From NCBI GenBank assembly GCA_001949185.1, contig BDGG01000002.1, positions 1,323,145-1,387,144 on the forward strand: a stretch of DNA of 64,000 nucleotides, in the 5' to 3' direction. Below are positions 25,269 to 37,762 of the stretch, in pieces. The stretch comes from Ramazzottius varieornatus (Eukaryota; Animalia; Tardigrada). The notes below the pieces were generated by a model. It saw only the letters and a program-made list of their open reading frames with translations, was not told the origin of the DNA and did no database searches. A program made the position numbers and the translations under genes. Position 1 is the stretch's first letter. Every line of letters begins with the position of its first letter.

Positions 25269-25757
25269 CACCTTGAGCACGGGGCGGGAAAATCGCTTTC
25301 CCGGCGCACACTCATTTGTGCGTAGCGATTTTCCAGTTTACCTTCTGCTCCCCGTTTTTTCCCGTTTGCCCGGACAATCAACCCTTCTTGAAATTAAAAC
25401 TAGCGGCTACTGGACACTGGCTCTGCAAACCTGTGGAATTGTTTTCCTTTCTTAACGGGATTTCGTCGTAGCCAGCAAATTAATTGTCGCGCGAACCCAA
25501 ACATTTTAGTATCTTGCGACAGTTTCAGATTTGTGGAAAGATCTGCCCAGTGTTCACTGGAAAAAAACCTTGAAGCCTGGCCGTTTTGAGTTGACAGGTG
25601 GCGCACTCTACATCATATTCCAAAATTTTGGCCATTCGATGAGGTGGTGATTGGTCTAATTTGCCACCGCCCCACAATTTTAACCAGTTAAAACAAGGCG
25701 AAAGTGACTTTCCCGCATCGTATTCTGAAAGCACGAAATCGCGCAGTGCTTAAAGTG
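25269..25757. mobile_element. piggyBac-like non-autonomous element (MITE)
   Basis: TTAA on both flanks (25265-25268 and 25758-25761); imperfect TIRs CACCTTGAGCAC / GTGCTTAAAGTG; no transposase ORF. Confidence 0.6.
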
Positions 25758-26166
25758 TTAAACGGCTTTTGTGTTCCAGTTTAATCTGGTACTGAATTTA
25801 CTATTTTAAAGTGACTATTCAAAAAATCAGCATCTTGAAGTTCGCGCTTGATTAAAAAACTGGAGTATCTGGGTTGATTTTCGCGTAATGACGACATGGT
25901 TTCTGGATTCTTGAATAGGATGGGGACGGAGGTTGTCAGATAGCTCTGGCAGCACGCGGAGATACAGCCCACCCAAGCCAACTTGCTACCACTCATTAGA
26001 TCGACGCTGTCTCGACTCGATTCGAGTTCCATTCGAAACCAATTTCTCTTGGTCTAGCATTCTATTTGTCATCTCCAAGAATTTTACCGGCCAGAAATCC
26101 GTGCACTGAAAGTCAGGATCGAAATTAAACTCGGGTAGGTGCAAGTGAAAAATGCAACAACTTAGA

Positions 26167-26651
26167 GAAGTTGCACTTTGCACAGATGGTTTGAACAAAC
26201 GACAGTTTTGACAAAACGATTGCATTTAGAAAAGTTTAAACATTCAACATTTGTAATTCGCCTCGCGATTCACGAAACGAAGGGGGGCTTCGTTCGTGAA
26301 TCACGAAGAAAATCACCCGTAGATTTCAAACATGAACGAATTGCCGTCAGTAATGCCCTGGCTGGCCCAAAGCACTGGGAAGCGTAATCGGTGCCTGGGC
26401 AGCACAGGGCCTCCACTCCGAACAATCAGTCAATCAGATTCGCATTTGAGCCGGCTCCTTTTTAACTGGGTGGGCTAATTACTGCCGAACAAACCACCAT
26501 GGCCAGCAGCGGTCGTTTGTCCCATCGTTTCTCTCAAACTCGCCCGCGTTGTGCAACTTCTCAAAGCTTCCAGCGAATGCTTTTATAAACTTCGATTTCC
26601 AAAATTAATTAGTTCTCGTTTGTTCGAACCATCTGCGCAAAGTGCAACTTC
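26167..26651. repeat. Foldback element: ~36-bp inverted repeats enclosing an internal hairpin
   Basis: GAAGTTGCACTTTGCACAGATGGTTTGAACAAACG pairs with CGTTTGTTCGAACCATCTGCGCAAAGTGCAACTTC; inner hairpin GATTCACGAAACGAAG...CTTCGTTCGTGAATC at ~26267-26302. Confidence 0.6.
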
Positions 26652-27320
26652 AGCTTCTGTCGTTTCTGGACCCCGGTTCGAAAACTTACCTTTCAGCTTC
26701 CCTCCGACATTTCGTGGCACGTTTGTTAGAAATAATTATTGAACAAACACTATTGAACTACTGGAAAAGAGGTAAAACGGAGGAGTTCGACGGTTTCAAG
26801 TCTTTGGCAAGTCCGTTTGGAACCTTCCTGCTCTTTCTTGATCCTTTCCGACCACCAACACAGTTGTAAGTCTGTTTGCGCCAGTTCGGGGATGAAAACT
26901 CCCACCCGGAATTTTTGCGGAGAGCGTTTACCTGCTGCGGTATGTCTTCCCCACCGGAAGTCAAACTGCTTAACTTTCTCGAAGTATTCCCCATTACAGT
27001 AAGAAGTATCATAGCTCAGTCGAAGCAGCTTTAAGTATTGCACAGAACGTGTGGAAGCACGAACGCTGGGGTCGTACTTTGAATTTTCCAGCGTCGGAAT
27101 GCCAGGTGGTAGCCAGTTGGCTCGGGCGGGGTGTAGAAGACGGGAGTTTGGAAAAAGTACGTGTGTCGGATTGCCCGTGAACATTGATAGTTATCGTATG
27201 CTATATGAAGAAAACCATTTCGGACTGACTGTCTTGGTCTCTGGTTGAAATTGTTCAGGAATCAATGTTTTCGTCTGGGTACTTTGGGACGGACACAGAG
27301 GGCTAACGTAGTCTTTCGTG

Positions 27321-27940
27321 TAGTGCTGGCAACGATACGGTATACCGATATCGTATCGAAATATATAGAATCCTTGCGATAAAAAATTTGGCAGATGAAT
27401 GTCGGAAATATCGATATGAAGCTCATATCGAACAACGCAATAAAATATTCGGCGATATCTTATCCCGCCATATCGATATATTATCGATATATCGGTATGC
27501 TGCTGGATGGCAAACTCGACAGTGATCTCTTGTTTACGGAAAACCACCGTTGATTTCAAAGACTTGATTTTGGCCATGGTGTACCAAGCATACTCCGCCC
27601 ATTCGATTCTGGTACCAATTCTGTTCAGGTTTCTATGTGTTTGAAGTCTTGGTATAGTCATGTCTTTGTTGCATCCGACGCTTTCGATCTTACTAATACT
27701 TTATGTGGAAATCGCCTTCTTGAGTTTTTGGGCTTGAACCAGTGGAATATTCAGAAACTAAAATTCCAGAAATATTGATATATCGCTGCGATACGATACG
27801 ATACATCGAAAATACGGTAACGGAAAAATTTAGTATCGAAATATCGATATGGAATAAATATCGAAGACTGCAACAAAATCTCCGCCGATATTGTATGGAA
27901 AAATATCGTATCGAATTTTATCGTATTTTTGCCAGCGCTA
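27321..27940. mobile_element. hAT-type MITE, 620 bp
   Basis: Perfect 8-bp TSD CTTTCGTG (27313-27320 and 27941-27948); TIR TAGTGCTGGCAA / TTGCCAGCGCTA; dense subterminal CGATA/TATCG repeats at both ends. Confidence 0.9.
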
Positions 27941-28567
27941 CTTTCGTGTAACTCATAACGGCTCTCTAGTCCAAAGATAGGTCGTTTCGATGGATGATGG
28001 CCGAATTATGAAGTTTTTGGTGGAGGGTGAAAGACTGTTATCAGTGGGCCTTGGACCGCGTTGAATATTGCTCACTTACTGCCTGGTATGTCTGCTTTGA
28101 AACCGAAAAGTCATCGCCAAAGGTTTGCTGGCTCCCTGGATAATCGAAACAATGGATGTAGCCGCTTTCGAGCAGGAAACTAGTAGTTATAATCAAGAAT
28201 GAATGGCATCTCAGAAGGAAGCACACTGTCTAGTCAGCTGCGCATTTAGCAGGCCATCCTGTGCAAGACTGCCTTTGCTGTCAAAGGAGTGGCATGCAGA
28301 CAGTTTGCCCAAACGGGATACCACATTTGCTTTCTGGAACATTCCTGCCTGGACCCTTGGCAAGGCAATTTCTCCCGTGGTAGGTGGTCAGCAGAAAGGG
28401 CGACCACTGGTCAACCGCTTCCTATGGGTGACCAAAAGTGACCACAGGTGACTAGATGCCCCTCATCAAAACCAACAAACTGATGTTCTTAAACACAACA
28501 CCACAACCAAAACGTTCAGTTTAAAATGATTTTTTCATATTCGTACGAGGTAAAGGTTGTGCGTACG

Positions 28568-29296
28568 CAGCCTGAGGCGGCCAAGTGACTACCACTTGGA
28601 CATAGCGCCATGAAAAGAATCAGTTTACGTATTATCGTCCACTCCTTCACAGTTTCCAAAGAACTTTTTAAGATGTTTTCACTAAAATACGACAGATACA
28701 CATCGGTCGAGAAATAGTCTGGGAAAGTTGATCGGTATGACTTGCGGTGGGAAGATACCTTTTCATGATCAAAACCTTACTTTTAAAATTCCATATTCGG
28801 TTATGAAGTCTAAGCTTGACGTACGTCAGACTGTCTAGCTTGTCATTTAAAACCAAAAATATTATGAGATAGCCAAACCAACCAGTGAATTAAAAATGAT
28901 GAGTTTGGCCATTTTGCCGGGAAATCCCTCTTTGCGGTAAAAATTTTTGTTCTTGCCCCGAACAGTAGATTAATGCTTTCGACCATTTCTCAGATAGCCC
29001 GGTCCCTGTTCTATTTATTTTCAATAGGATCACCACAAGCCGTCGACTGAAAAGTGAGAAATAAATCTCGGAAATAAATCTTCGGAAACTACGAAAGTTG
29101 TTTGCAGTTTCCTCTTTTCACCATGCCTGGTTTCACACCGATTTAGACTTCCGCTGAGCAGATTTCTGACCAATTATTTTTTATTAGGTTGCAAAGAGAA
29201 TTCTAAACCAAAGTAAAATAGTCCTAAAGTTGAGCAAAAACCCGGTCGAGAATGCGCTAATTGAATAGGTGGTAGTCACTTGGCCGCTTCGGGCTG
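28568..29296. mobile_element. MITE with 28-bp TIRs (possibly Tc1/mariner type)
   Basis: CAGCCTGAGGCGGCCAAGTGACTACCAC pairs with GTGGTAGTCACTTGGCCGCTTCGGGCTG (2 mismatches); TA clear only on the right flank. Confidence 0.6.
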
Positions 29297-29594
29297 TAGT
29301 AAACTTGGCCGCCTCATACCGGGTTTGTAAAGCTAGCCGCGGCTTTAGCGTCCATCGCTTGATGGACTATTTGATTGTCCGTCTTGGCTTTTTAACATCA
29401 GATTCCAACTTTTCTTTTGATTACGGATCTCTTGGATCCCCTGAATCCTTTAGTTGACTGTTCCCAACACCATTCGACAGCCCATTAGTTTATCTATCAA
29501 TCTATCCATAAACGTTTGGTATTAAGTAGGAGAGAACAGGTGAACTTGGACGGCAAACTTTGCAAACCCGGTTTGGGGCGGCTAACTTTACAAC
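29297..29594. repeat. Degenerate ~40-bp inverted-repeat element abutting the preceding MITE
   Basis: GTAAACTTGGCCGCCTCATACCGGGTTTGTAAAGCTAGCCG pairs imperfectly with CGGCAAACTTTGCAAACCCGGTTTGGGGCGGCTAACTTTAC. Confidence 0.5.
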
Positions 29595-30165
29595 CTTTCC
29601 CTTGGAAAGCTGCGCTGCACGACTACGCCCACAAACCAATCAACGGCGCTGTCGTCGTTTTGCAACCCGGCTAGTGGATCGCTCAAGAAGTCCGAAATTT
29701 GTATTACTACAGCCCCTTTACGAGAGTTGAGTGCAGATTGGTGCAGGAATCAATCAAGTTCTGCAAATCTCTAGCTGTATCGCGCCTTCTCTCCGGATTC
29801 AAGCTCGAAATCCCTGGACCGTGATAACCAGGTAAGGCTTTCCGTTTCTGGCTGAAGGAAAGAGACACAGAACGGACGAGAAGTCAGGTTTGTTCGACGT
29901 GGGCAGTTGATTTGTTTGTTTTGCCTCGGGGATGGTCCGACACGACCTTTACGGGATTAGGGGGGAAATAACGTGCCGTCCGTGCCGTAACCCCCGTATG
30001 TGAGACGATTTGCGAACATGAGATTTCTTTGCTTGACTGGTTTGTTTGTCTCGAACTCTCGATCTCTCGATCTCTTGGTTGGCGGCCTGAGCTTCTTCTG
30101 GACAATGGATATCGAACAAGAGTTTCCGCTGCAGGTGTAGAAGAAAGCGCAGGTGCAGAAAGAAA

Positions 30166-33100
30166 ATGGCCGACGCGGACAGGTGAGCGAAGTTGTCGCA
30201 TGCTGCTGGATACAGTGAGCTGTAAACATTGTACATGGCCGCTGTATGCAGGAGGGTGAGACATGAACACCATCGTATCTTCCGCTCGGTTTCACGGTTT
30301 ATTTTGTATCTAGTGAGGAACAGGACCAGTCGCAGATCTCCGACGATGGTCAGGACGCTGAGATGGGTACGGTCGGTGAAGAAAGCGCAGAAGGAAACGC
30401 CGAAAGTGGCGACGTAGAGGAAGAAGTGTACCAGACGGTTGGCGTGACAATCAAGAACAAGCCGTACTTGTGCACCTACGAGAACTGCGATAAAGCTTTC
30501 CAGTGGAAGAGCTATTTAGAACGACACATCCAGTCTCACACAGGTATCAAGCCTAATGTAAGCGAGAAAAAGCGAGGACCGCGCAAGAGAAAGAACGCGG
30601 ACGGCACGGAGGACGATACGCCCAAACTTTACGTTTGCAACGGTAAGAAGGATCACTTTTCTCCGTCTGGTTCTTTGTTGGTTCAGTAAGTTTGCTTTTA
30701 GATTGTGGAAAGGAGTTCAACTGGAAGAGCTACTTGGACAGACATTCGCAAATCCACACCGGTAAGCTTCCTGCGAGGAAGAATCTCTGGATCTGCTGTG
30801 AGCTTGCTGACCGGAATTCGTTTTGTTTTTCAGGTATGAAGCCGTTCGCGTGTGATTTTGCTGGCTGTGACTACAAAACGGGACAGTCTGGGAACTTGAA
30901 GATGCACAAACAAACGCATACCGGTATACCTGAAAGAATAGCCATAAAGGCAGGAATGGGCTGTTGACGTTATTTTGTCTGTTGTATTTCAGGAGAAAAG
31001 CCTCACGCATGTGACTGGCCAGACTGCGAGTATCGTTCGACTCATCCGGGCAACTTGAAGAATCACATGTTAACCCATACAGGTAAGAATGTTCGGCGGC
31101 AATGCGTAGAAGCTTCCATGCATTGAATTGAATTTTTTATGCTGGTGAGTTCAGTCGTGGTTTTTGCAGGAGAGAAGCGCTTCAAGTGTTCCATCGTTGG
31201 ATGCGAGTATCAAGCCATTCAGTATGAAACTCTGAATCAGCACATGCGGACCCACACAGGTATTAGTCTCTTCTGAAGTCAGCTATTCCTTCACGGGGAG
31301 AGGTTACTGTACTGAAGTGACGTTGTGGGTTGCATAGGAGAGAAGCCATTCAAGTGTCCGTGGGAAGGATGCGACTATGCTGGACGCCAGAGCGCCACCT
31401 TGAAGGTCCACTACCTAACTCACACTGGTGCCTATCCATACCTTTGATGTTTGTTTCTTACTCTCCGTGGAGTTCATCCCGTTAAATCTCTACTTTGACT
31501 TTTACAGGAGATAAACCTTATGCCTGTTCCTGGGAAGGTTGTGACTACCGCTCGACGCATTCGGGCCATGTCAAGAAGCACTACTTGGGGCATACCGGTG
31601 AGGCTCTATCCTGATCCTGGCCTATGTCGTATATATGGCCGACGTTCCTATGGGATTATGATTGTTTGGTTCTCAGGGGAGAAGCCGTATGCATGTGGCT
31701 GGGAGGAATGCACCTATAGAGCCTCCACCAGTGGCGCCCTCGAAGTCCATAAGAAATCACACACGGGTACGTTCGATAATGATTATTGCACAACTGGGAG
31801 CTCGTTAAATAAACAAAAATTGTTTTCTCTGGCGGCGCGCACCTTCTCAGTGTTGCGTGCACCACTTCGAAAAACAATTTTGCCGAGTTTTCTCAAGTGG
31901 CGCACGCTTTCAGCCAGTAACAATGAAAATATGCGCCACTTGGGGGCATGATCTTGTCGAGCATGTTGGCAGGGGTTCTACTGCTTCGCTGTGGTTGGTG
32001 TGTATCGGCGTGTTTTGTAGGTGTTAAGCCGTACTTCTGTATGGAGCCGGGCTGCCACTTTGCTTCGATCCAGTCGGGTAGTTTGAAGCGCCATAAGTTG
32101 ACACACACAGGCGAGAAGCCTTACCCGTGCTCCCACTGCTCGTACGCCGCTTCTCAGCCGGGTACCCTGAAACGTCACATCTTCAAGCATCACAAGGAAG
32201 TTCACCAAGGCGAAGAACCTCCTGCCGCCACGGCAGAGGAAGAGGAGGCCGAAGGCGAAGACCCCGGTAAGACATCACTCAGAGATTCCGATCAAAAAAA
32301 TACGAATATGAATGTGACTAACAAGGGAACGGAGGTGACCATGAGAGTCTGAACTTATTCCAACTTTTTCTGTCGAAAGTACTCGGTCCTAGCTACCGTT
32401 CAAGGGTACTCTCAGTTGCCACCGAGCACCTTTTGGCCAGAGAGTGTTCCATCACGAAAACTCCGACAAAAACGAAAATTTTTGTTTCGCTAATCTGAAA
32501 CAGCAGAAGTGTTCACCAGTTCATCTAATGCATTTTTGTTGCTGNNNNNNNNNNNNNNNNNNNNNNNNNNNNNNNNNNNNNNNNNNNNNNNNNNNNNNNN
32601 NNNNNNNNNNNNNNNNNNNNNNNNNNNNNNNNNNNNNNNNNNNNNNNNNNNNNNNNNNNNNNNNNNNNNNNNNNNNNNNNNNNNNNNNNNNNNNNNNNNN
32701 NNNNNNNNNNNNNNNNNNNNNNNNNNNNNNNNNNNNNNNNNNNNNNNNNNNNNNNNNNNNNNNNNNNNNCCCACAGTGGTTCTGAGAGGGTTCCACGCAT
32801 TCGAAATTTGCTCCCTGGCCAAAGGTGCTCGGTGGCAACTGAGAGTACCCTTGAACGGTAGCTAGGACCGAGTACTTTCGACAGAAAAAGTTGGAAGAAG
32901 TTCAGACTCATGGTCACCTCCGTTCCCTTGTAAGTTATTGTCGGATGAAATACTGCAGCGACTAACCAACTGGAGCAAAACATGCAGGCCACAAACTTAT
33001 AAACCCTTTAGTGAAAGTAATCAATTTCAAATTCACCTGAAGAAAATTTGCCTGAAAATAGAATTAATTTTTCAATATTTGTACTTAAATATCTCTTTCC

Positions 33101-33703
33101 GGTATTCAAGGGCTAGCCAGCTCGAATGAACCTACCCAAGATACCACACAAGGCACTCAAAAAGAAAAGAAGAAAAAGAGAAGGAAGGACAAAAAGAAGA
33201 AGAGGGACCGAGCCGATAGAGAATGTAAGCCCGATGAAGCTGCGGCTTCGCCCAGACGCACAGTCGAGGCCATGCCTGCTTCCCAACAAGGCAGTGCCGA
33301 ACCTGACGAAGAAGAAACCGAGGCTATTGAAAAGGATAACGATGAAGAGGAGGAAGTTGAGAAGTCCAAGCCGCAGTTACCAAGTCGAATCCCCGTACCA
33401 GCAGCGGTGAAAGGTAAACTGTCCAATGAGGTCTTTAAGATAGTCACCACGCCGGTCCCGACCAAAGTGGTAGCACCCACCGTCGTCGGCTCAAGGCCTT
33501 CACCGTCGAAAGACCGAACCGCGGCTGCCATAGCCAGGAAGAAGCAGATTGAGACGGCGGAAGCCTATTTGAGTGGACTTCCGCCTGCGGGCTCACCCAG
33601 GCCACAGGTTGAGGAAGAGGCTGATGAAGATGGCGAGGTGGAAGTGATACCGGCGTTGCCGGAAGAACAACCGGTCGTGGCTAAACGACCACGAAGACAT
33701 TGA
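30166..33703 (+). CDS. C2H2 zinc-finger protein (10 fingers), paralog of 22006-24914
   Basis: Fingers share helices WKSYLxRH, QSGNLKxH, THPGNL and SGHVKxH with the paralog; introns mostly at the HT-G linker; last exon from ~33111 (K-rich, then E/P-rich) is in phase. Start uncertain. Confidence 0.85.
31892..31944. repeat. Representative copy of a dispersed ~50-bp palindromic repeat (CAAGTGGCGCAC-N~28-RTGCGCCACTTG)
   Basis: Other copies near 601, 14201, 22832, 24452, 35234, 35303, 35717, 36984, 37055, 46406, 47116 and 47807. Confidence 0.8.
32322..32930. mobile_element. Intronic MITE with ~120-bp near-perfect TIRs and TAA TSD (PIF/Harbinger-like); centre lies in an assembly gap
   Basis: CAAGGGAACGGAGGTGACCATGAG... 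and its reverse complement ending ...CCTCCGTTCCCTTG; TAA on both flanks; N-run 32545-32769. Confidence 0.8.
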
Positions 33704-34981
33704 GAAAATAATATCCAGCTTTCAGATTTTTTCTTAATTTTTCTCTTGTTAGCTTTGCTGTTGTTCATGATTGTAAGTATGCATCCCGAGAATCCAACTA
33801 CACTGTTTTTGCGAAAATGAAAACTGGCTAGGTGTTTACCCTTTTGAAACGTTCTCCTTTTGCTGCTTTGCCTAATGAAAATGGTCTACAATAAGATTGT
33901 TGTTCTGTGTTGCGATTTAAATTAGTGAACAATGGATGAACTATGGATATTCAAAAGGAAAAAGATTGGAGTTTCGCATCGGTCATCGATGTTATTGTAG
34001 AGAAAAGACGTACAGTTCTATGAATTATTGTGTGCAAAGCAGCACGTGACGAACTGTGGCGGTACCGCGACAATAGTCGGGTGACGATAGGGTAGCGTGA
34101 GCTCTTCCAGCAATGCTCACAATCAGTGGAGCTTTCAGTGAATGCGTGGGTGCGATAGTGAAAGCCTCACATTCGGTCTCAAGGTTGGGTAGCATGAAGG
34201 TCTTCGCTGTGTTGCAGAAAGATATCGATGTGGAGGAGATGAGCGAGCTCTGCACCGGCCATCGATCGGTTAGTTAGCTAGGAAATGGAAGGATAATACA
34301 GCTGCTAGGCGTTGTGTTTCTCAACTGGGTTCTCGGCTTTCCAGGCGAGGTTGCCACGAACGGAAGAGACGTTCGTGCAGGTCGGAGGATCTTACATAAG
34401 GACCACGTAATCGCTTTCCGATCCAGCACTTGTCTTTTCTCTTGTGCTGGTGACTGTCAGCTCCTCGAAGGCGTTCGAGACACAGTACAGTACATTATGC
34501 AGTCCTGGTAGCGGAGAATAGAAAAGAACGGTAGGCATGTTTTATGTCGAATACCAAGGACTTGCTGATGCAGGCTCACGCTGGCGCTTCTTGCATCAAC
34601 ATTGTATGTTGAATAGAGAGCCTGCTCCGGACAGAGAGAGTTATTTATAACGAGGCGAATATGCATCCAGGCATGTTCTTTGGCCTTCAGACTACACAGC
34701 GAACTCGATCGAAGACGCTTCCGCTTGTAACAGTGTGGCTCCCGGAGTGCTGTACATATATACATACCGTGTGGAACCCAGAGAGAGAGTTCGTACGGGC
34801 GAGTAGGGCGTCGATCGGCAAGAATACATAAAGGTTGCGGGTGAACGGGTTGAGGCTGCTGAAGGACTCAATCGCTTACACACTGTCGAGGCTGACGATT
34901 CTGGCACTGCTTCTTCCCTTCTTCACCCGTAATCGGTATTTTAGGTTGTCTGGTGTCTTCCGTGAAATCTCAAGCAGAACA

Positions 34982-37762
34982 ATGGCCGCCGTCGATGCCG
35001 ATGTCGTCAAGAAGATTGAGGGAGCCTACGATATTCTTCAGAAGGATGAAAAGGGTCACTCGCTCCTCAAGAAGTACCTGACCAAGGAGGTCATCGAGGC
35101 TAACAAGAACAAGAAAACCGCCATGGGAGCCTCCCTCTGGGATTGCATCCAGTCCGGTAAGCGATGGCTCGTGACTTTTATCTCAACGCCTGGAAACTGC
35201 AGCTTGTGAAGGCAGCTCTCGCAAAATCGCTGTTCCAAGTGGCGTACAGTTTCAGCCAGAAACACTGAAACGATGCGCCACTGGAGAAACTTGGATTCTT
35301 TTCCCGAGCGGCGCACGTTCTCAGTGTTGCTGACTGAATACATGCGCCACTCGGGCATTCAATCTTATCGAGCCGGTATATACGAGCTTAATGTTTTTCG
35401 ATGGTTATGTTTTCGGAAGACGAACGCTTCTGGTATTCCTTATTACTACTCCTATATTATGGCAGTAAACCGGACGGGACCGGATCTTTTTTTCAGGGGT
35501 CGCCAACACCGACAGTGGAGTGGGTATCTACGCTCCAGACGCCGAGTCGTACACCACCTTCAAGGACGTCTTTTATCCCATCATCAACGTAAGCTTAGAT
35601 ATTTACATATCTCACTTCTTCTCTAAAAGCTCACAAAGGAGACGAGAGTTACGTACGAGAAACTTCTTTCGTGCGTCATTTTGGAGCTGTTCAAATAAGC
35701 TCGTCAAGAACACCTTTCCAAGTGGCGCACATTTTCGGTGCTATCAATATTAGCTACTGACATGCGTCGCTTAAGAAAAGCTCGACGAGTTTATTTGCGG
35801 AGCCCCCCTTTTTCTGAAGTATCCTGGACATCTCCATTATTGTCTGGGTAATTTCGATTACAGGACTACCATATCGGTTTCGACATCAGCAAGGGAGCCA
35901 AGCATCCGCCTGCCGATTTCGGCCTGAACAAGTTGAACTTCCCCAACCCCGACTCTGAAGGAAAGTACATTGTTTCCACCCGTGTACGATGCGGTCGATC
36001 TCTGCAAGGTTATCCTTTCAACCCTCTCCTCACCGAGGCGGTAAGCGTCAGGTCGAACTCTCCATTCCCTGTCGAAATGGTAATCTATGATTCGATTTGT
36101 GTCGTTCATAGCAATACAAGGAGATGGAACAGAAAGTTAAGAGTGCCTTGGAAGGTTTGACCGGTGAACTGGCTGGTACTTACTACCCATTGACCGGCAT
36201 GACCAAGGAGGACCAGAACCAACTGATTGCTGACCACTTCCTCTTCAAGGAAGGCGATCGGTAAGTTTTCTTAGACAGGCGAAATACTGTTGGTATTAGA
36301 ATAACCGCCTTGAATTTGTGATGGTCTTCGTTGGCGCAACGAAATGGAAACCAACTGGCCATTTCAGGAAGACGAACGATGAGCAACCACTTTTTCTGTC
36401 AGTCCTGTTGATATAAGTAGTATTGGTAGAAAGATGAAACAGAAATGGTTCCAGTTTACATCCCGGATCAAGAGACCCTGAAAAGTCATCCAGTGAATTT
36501 TTTTATTGCCCGATGTTATACGCGATAGTGAAAATCGTTTGCTGTGCAGATTTTTGCAAGCGGCCAACGCCAACCGCTTCTGGCCGACCGGTCGTGGCAT
36601 TTACCATAACAAAGACAAGACGTTTTTGGTTTGGATCAACGAAGAGGACCATCTCCGCATCATCAGTATGCAAAAGGGCGGTGATCTCCTGACAATCTTC
36701 AAGCGTCTTATCGAAGTGAGTAGTCGAGCGTAGGCTGTCGCAGTGACGTCACTGCGGAAACTAAGCCTGAAGGTCGTCTCCGGTGCGACTGCCTCGTCAG
36801 CACCAAGCTCAAAATAGCATTTTCAGTTTATTGAATGGAATGCATCTTCGAGGCAACATTCCGCTAATGAATTTCTTCATTGGAAGATAGAAGTTTTAGC
36901 CAACGAAAGCAATCACCAACGACTGAACAAATGCGTAGTACATCCAGCCTGGGAGCTAATCCAGCAAACCGTACAGTGTTTTTTCCAAGTGACGCACACT
37001 TTGGGCTTCATCGACCGAAACCGTGCGCCATTTTACACAACACGACAAGACTGACAGGTGGCGCACTTCGTCTGGATTATCGGCTGGAAGCGTGCGGCAC
37101 CTGGGAAAACGATCTTGTCGAGTTTACTTGTTTCTCAGAGTTGCGCACTTTATCATTGCTGTTGGCCGAAGGGGTGCGCCTCCCATCATAACGCTCTCAC
37201 CCATGTAACTAAACGTTTACATTCGTGATTAAACTGGTTTCTTTCTTCAGGGTGTCAACCAAATTGAGAAGAAGTTGCCCTTCTCCCACGACGACACTTT
37301 GGGTTTCCTGACTTTCTGCCCGACCAACTTGGGAACAACCGTCCGTGCCAGTGTCCACATCAAGCTACCCAACCTCAGCAAGAACCTGGACGAGTTCCAT
37401 AAGATTGCCGGCAAGTACAACCTGCAGGTCCGTGGCAGCGCTGGCGAACACTCGGAAGCTGTCGGTGGCATTTACGATGTCTCCAACAAGGTCAGGGATA
37501 AACTGTGAACAGCCAGGAAATACTCTATATCTGTTCATCTGTCAACGTAGTCAAGCTTGCACGATTAGATCAGCTGGATCCGGAGACGGATTATTTTTGG
37601 ACTGATGAGAAACGATGCAAGAATTATTGCAGTGAGTCTGTTAACTTTTCCTCTATTTATTTTTAGCGACGCATGGGACTGACGGAATACGACGCCGTCA
37701 AGGAGATGTACGATGGCATCGTCGAGCTGATCAAGCTGGAAAAGTCCATGGAAGGAAAATAA
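34982..37762 (+). CDS. Argk: Arginine kinase (phosphagen kinase), multi-exon
   Basis: [74 protein letters not shown]. Confidence 0.96.

Noticed and set aside
26750-27184. 144-aa minus-strand ORF between MITEs
   Set aside because: No recognisable motif, no ATG start and no convincing splice context.
32444-32992. ORFs running through X residues
   Set aside because: Artefacts of the N gap.
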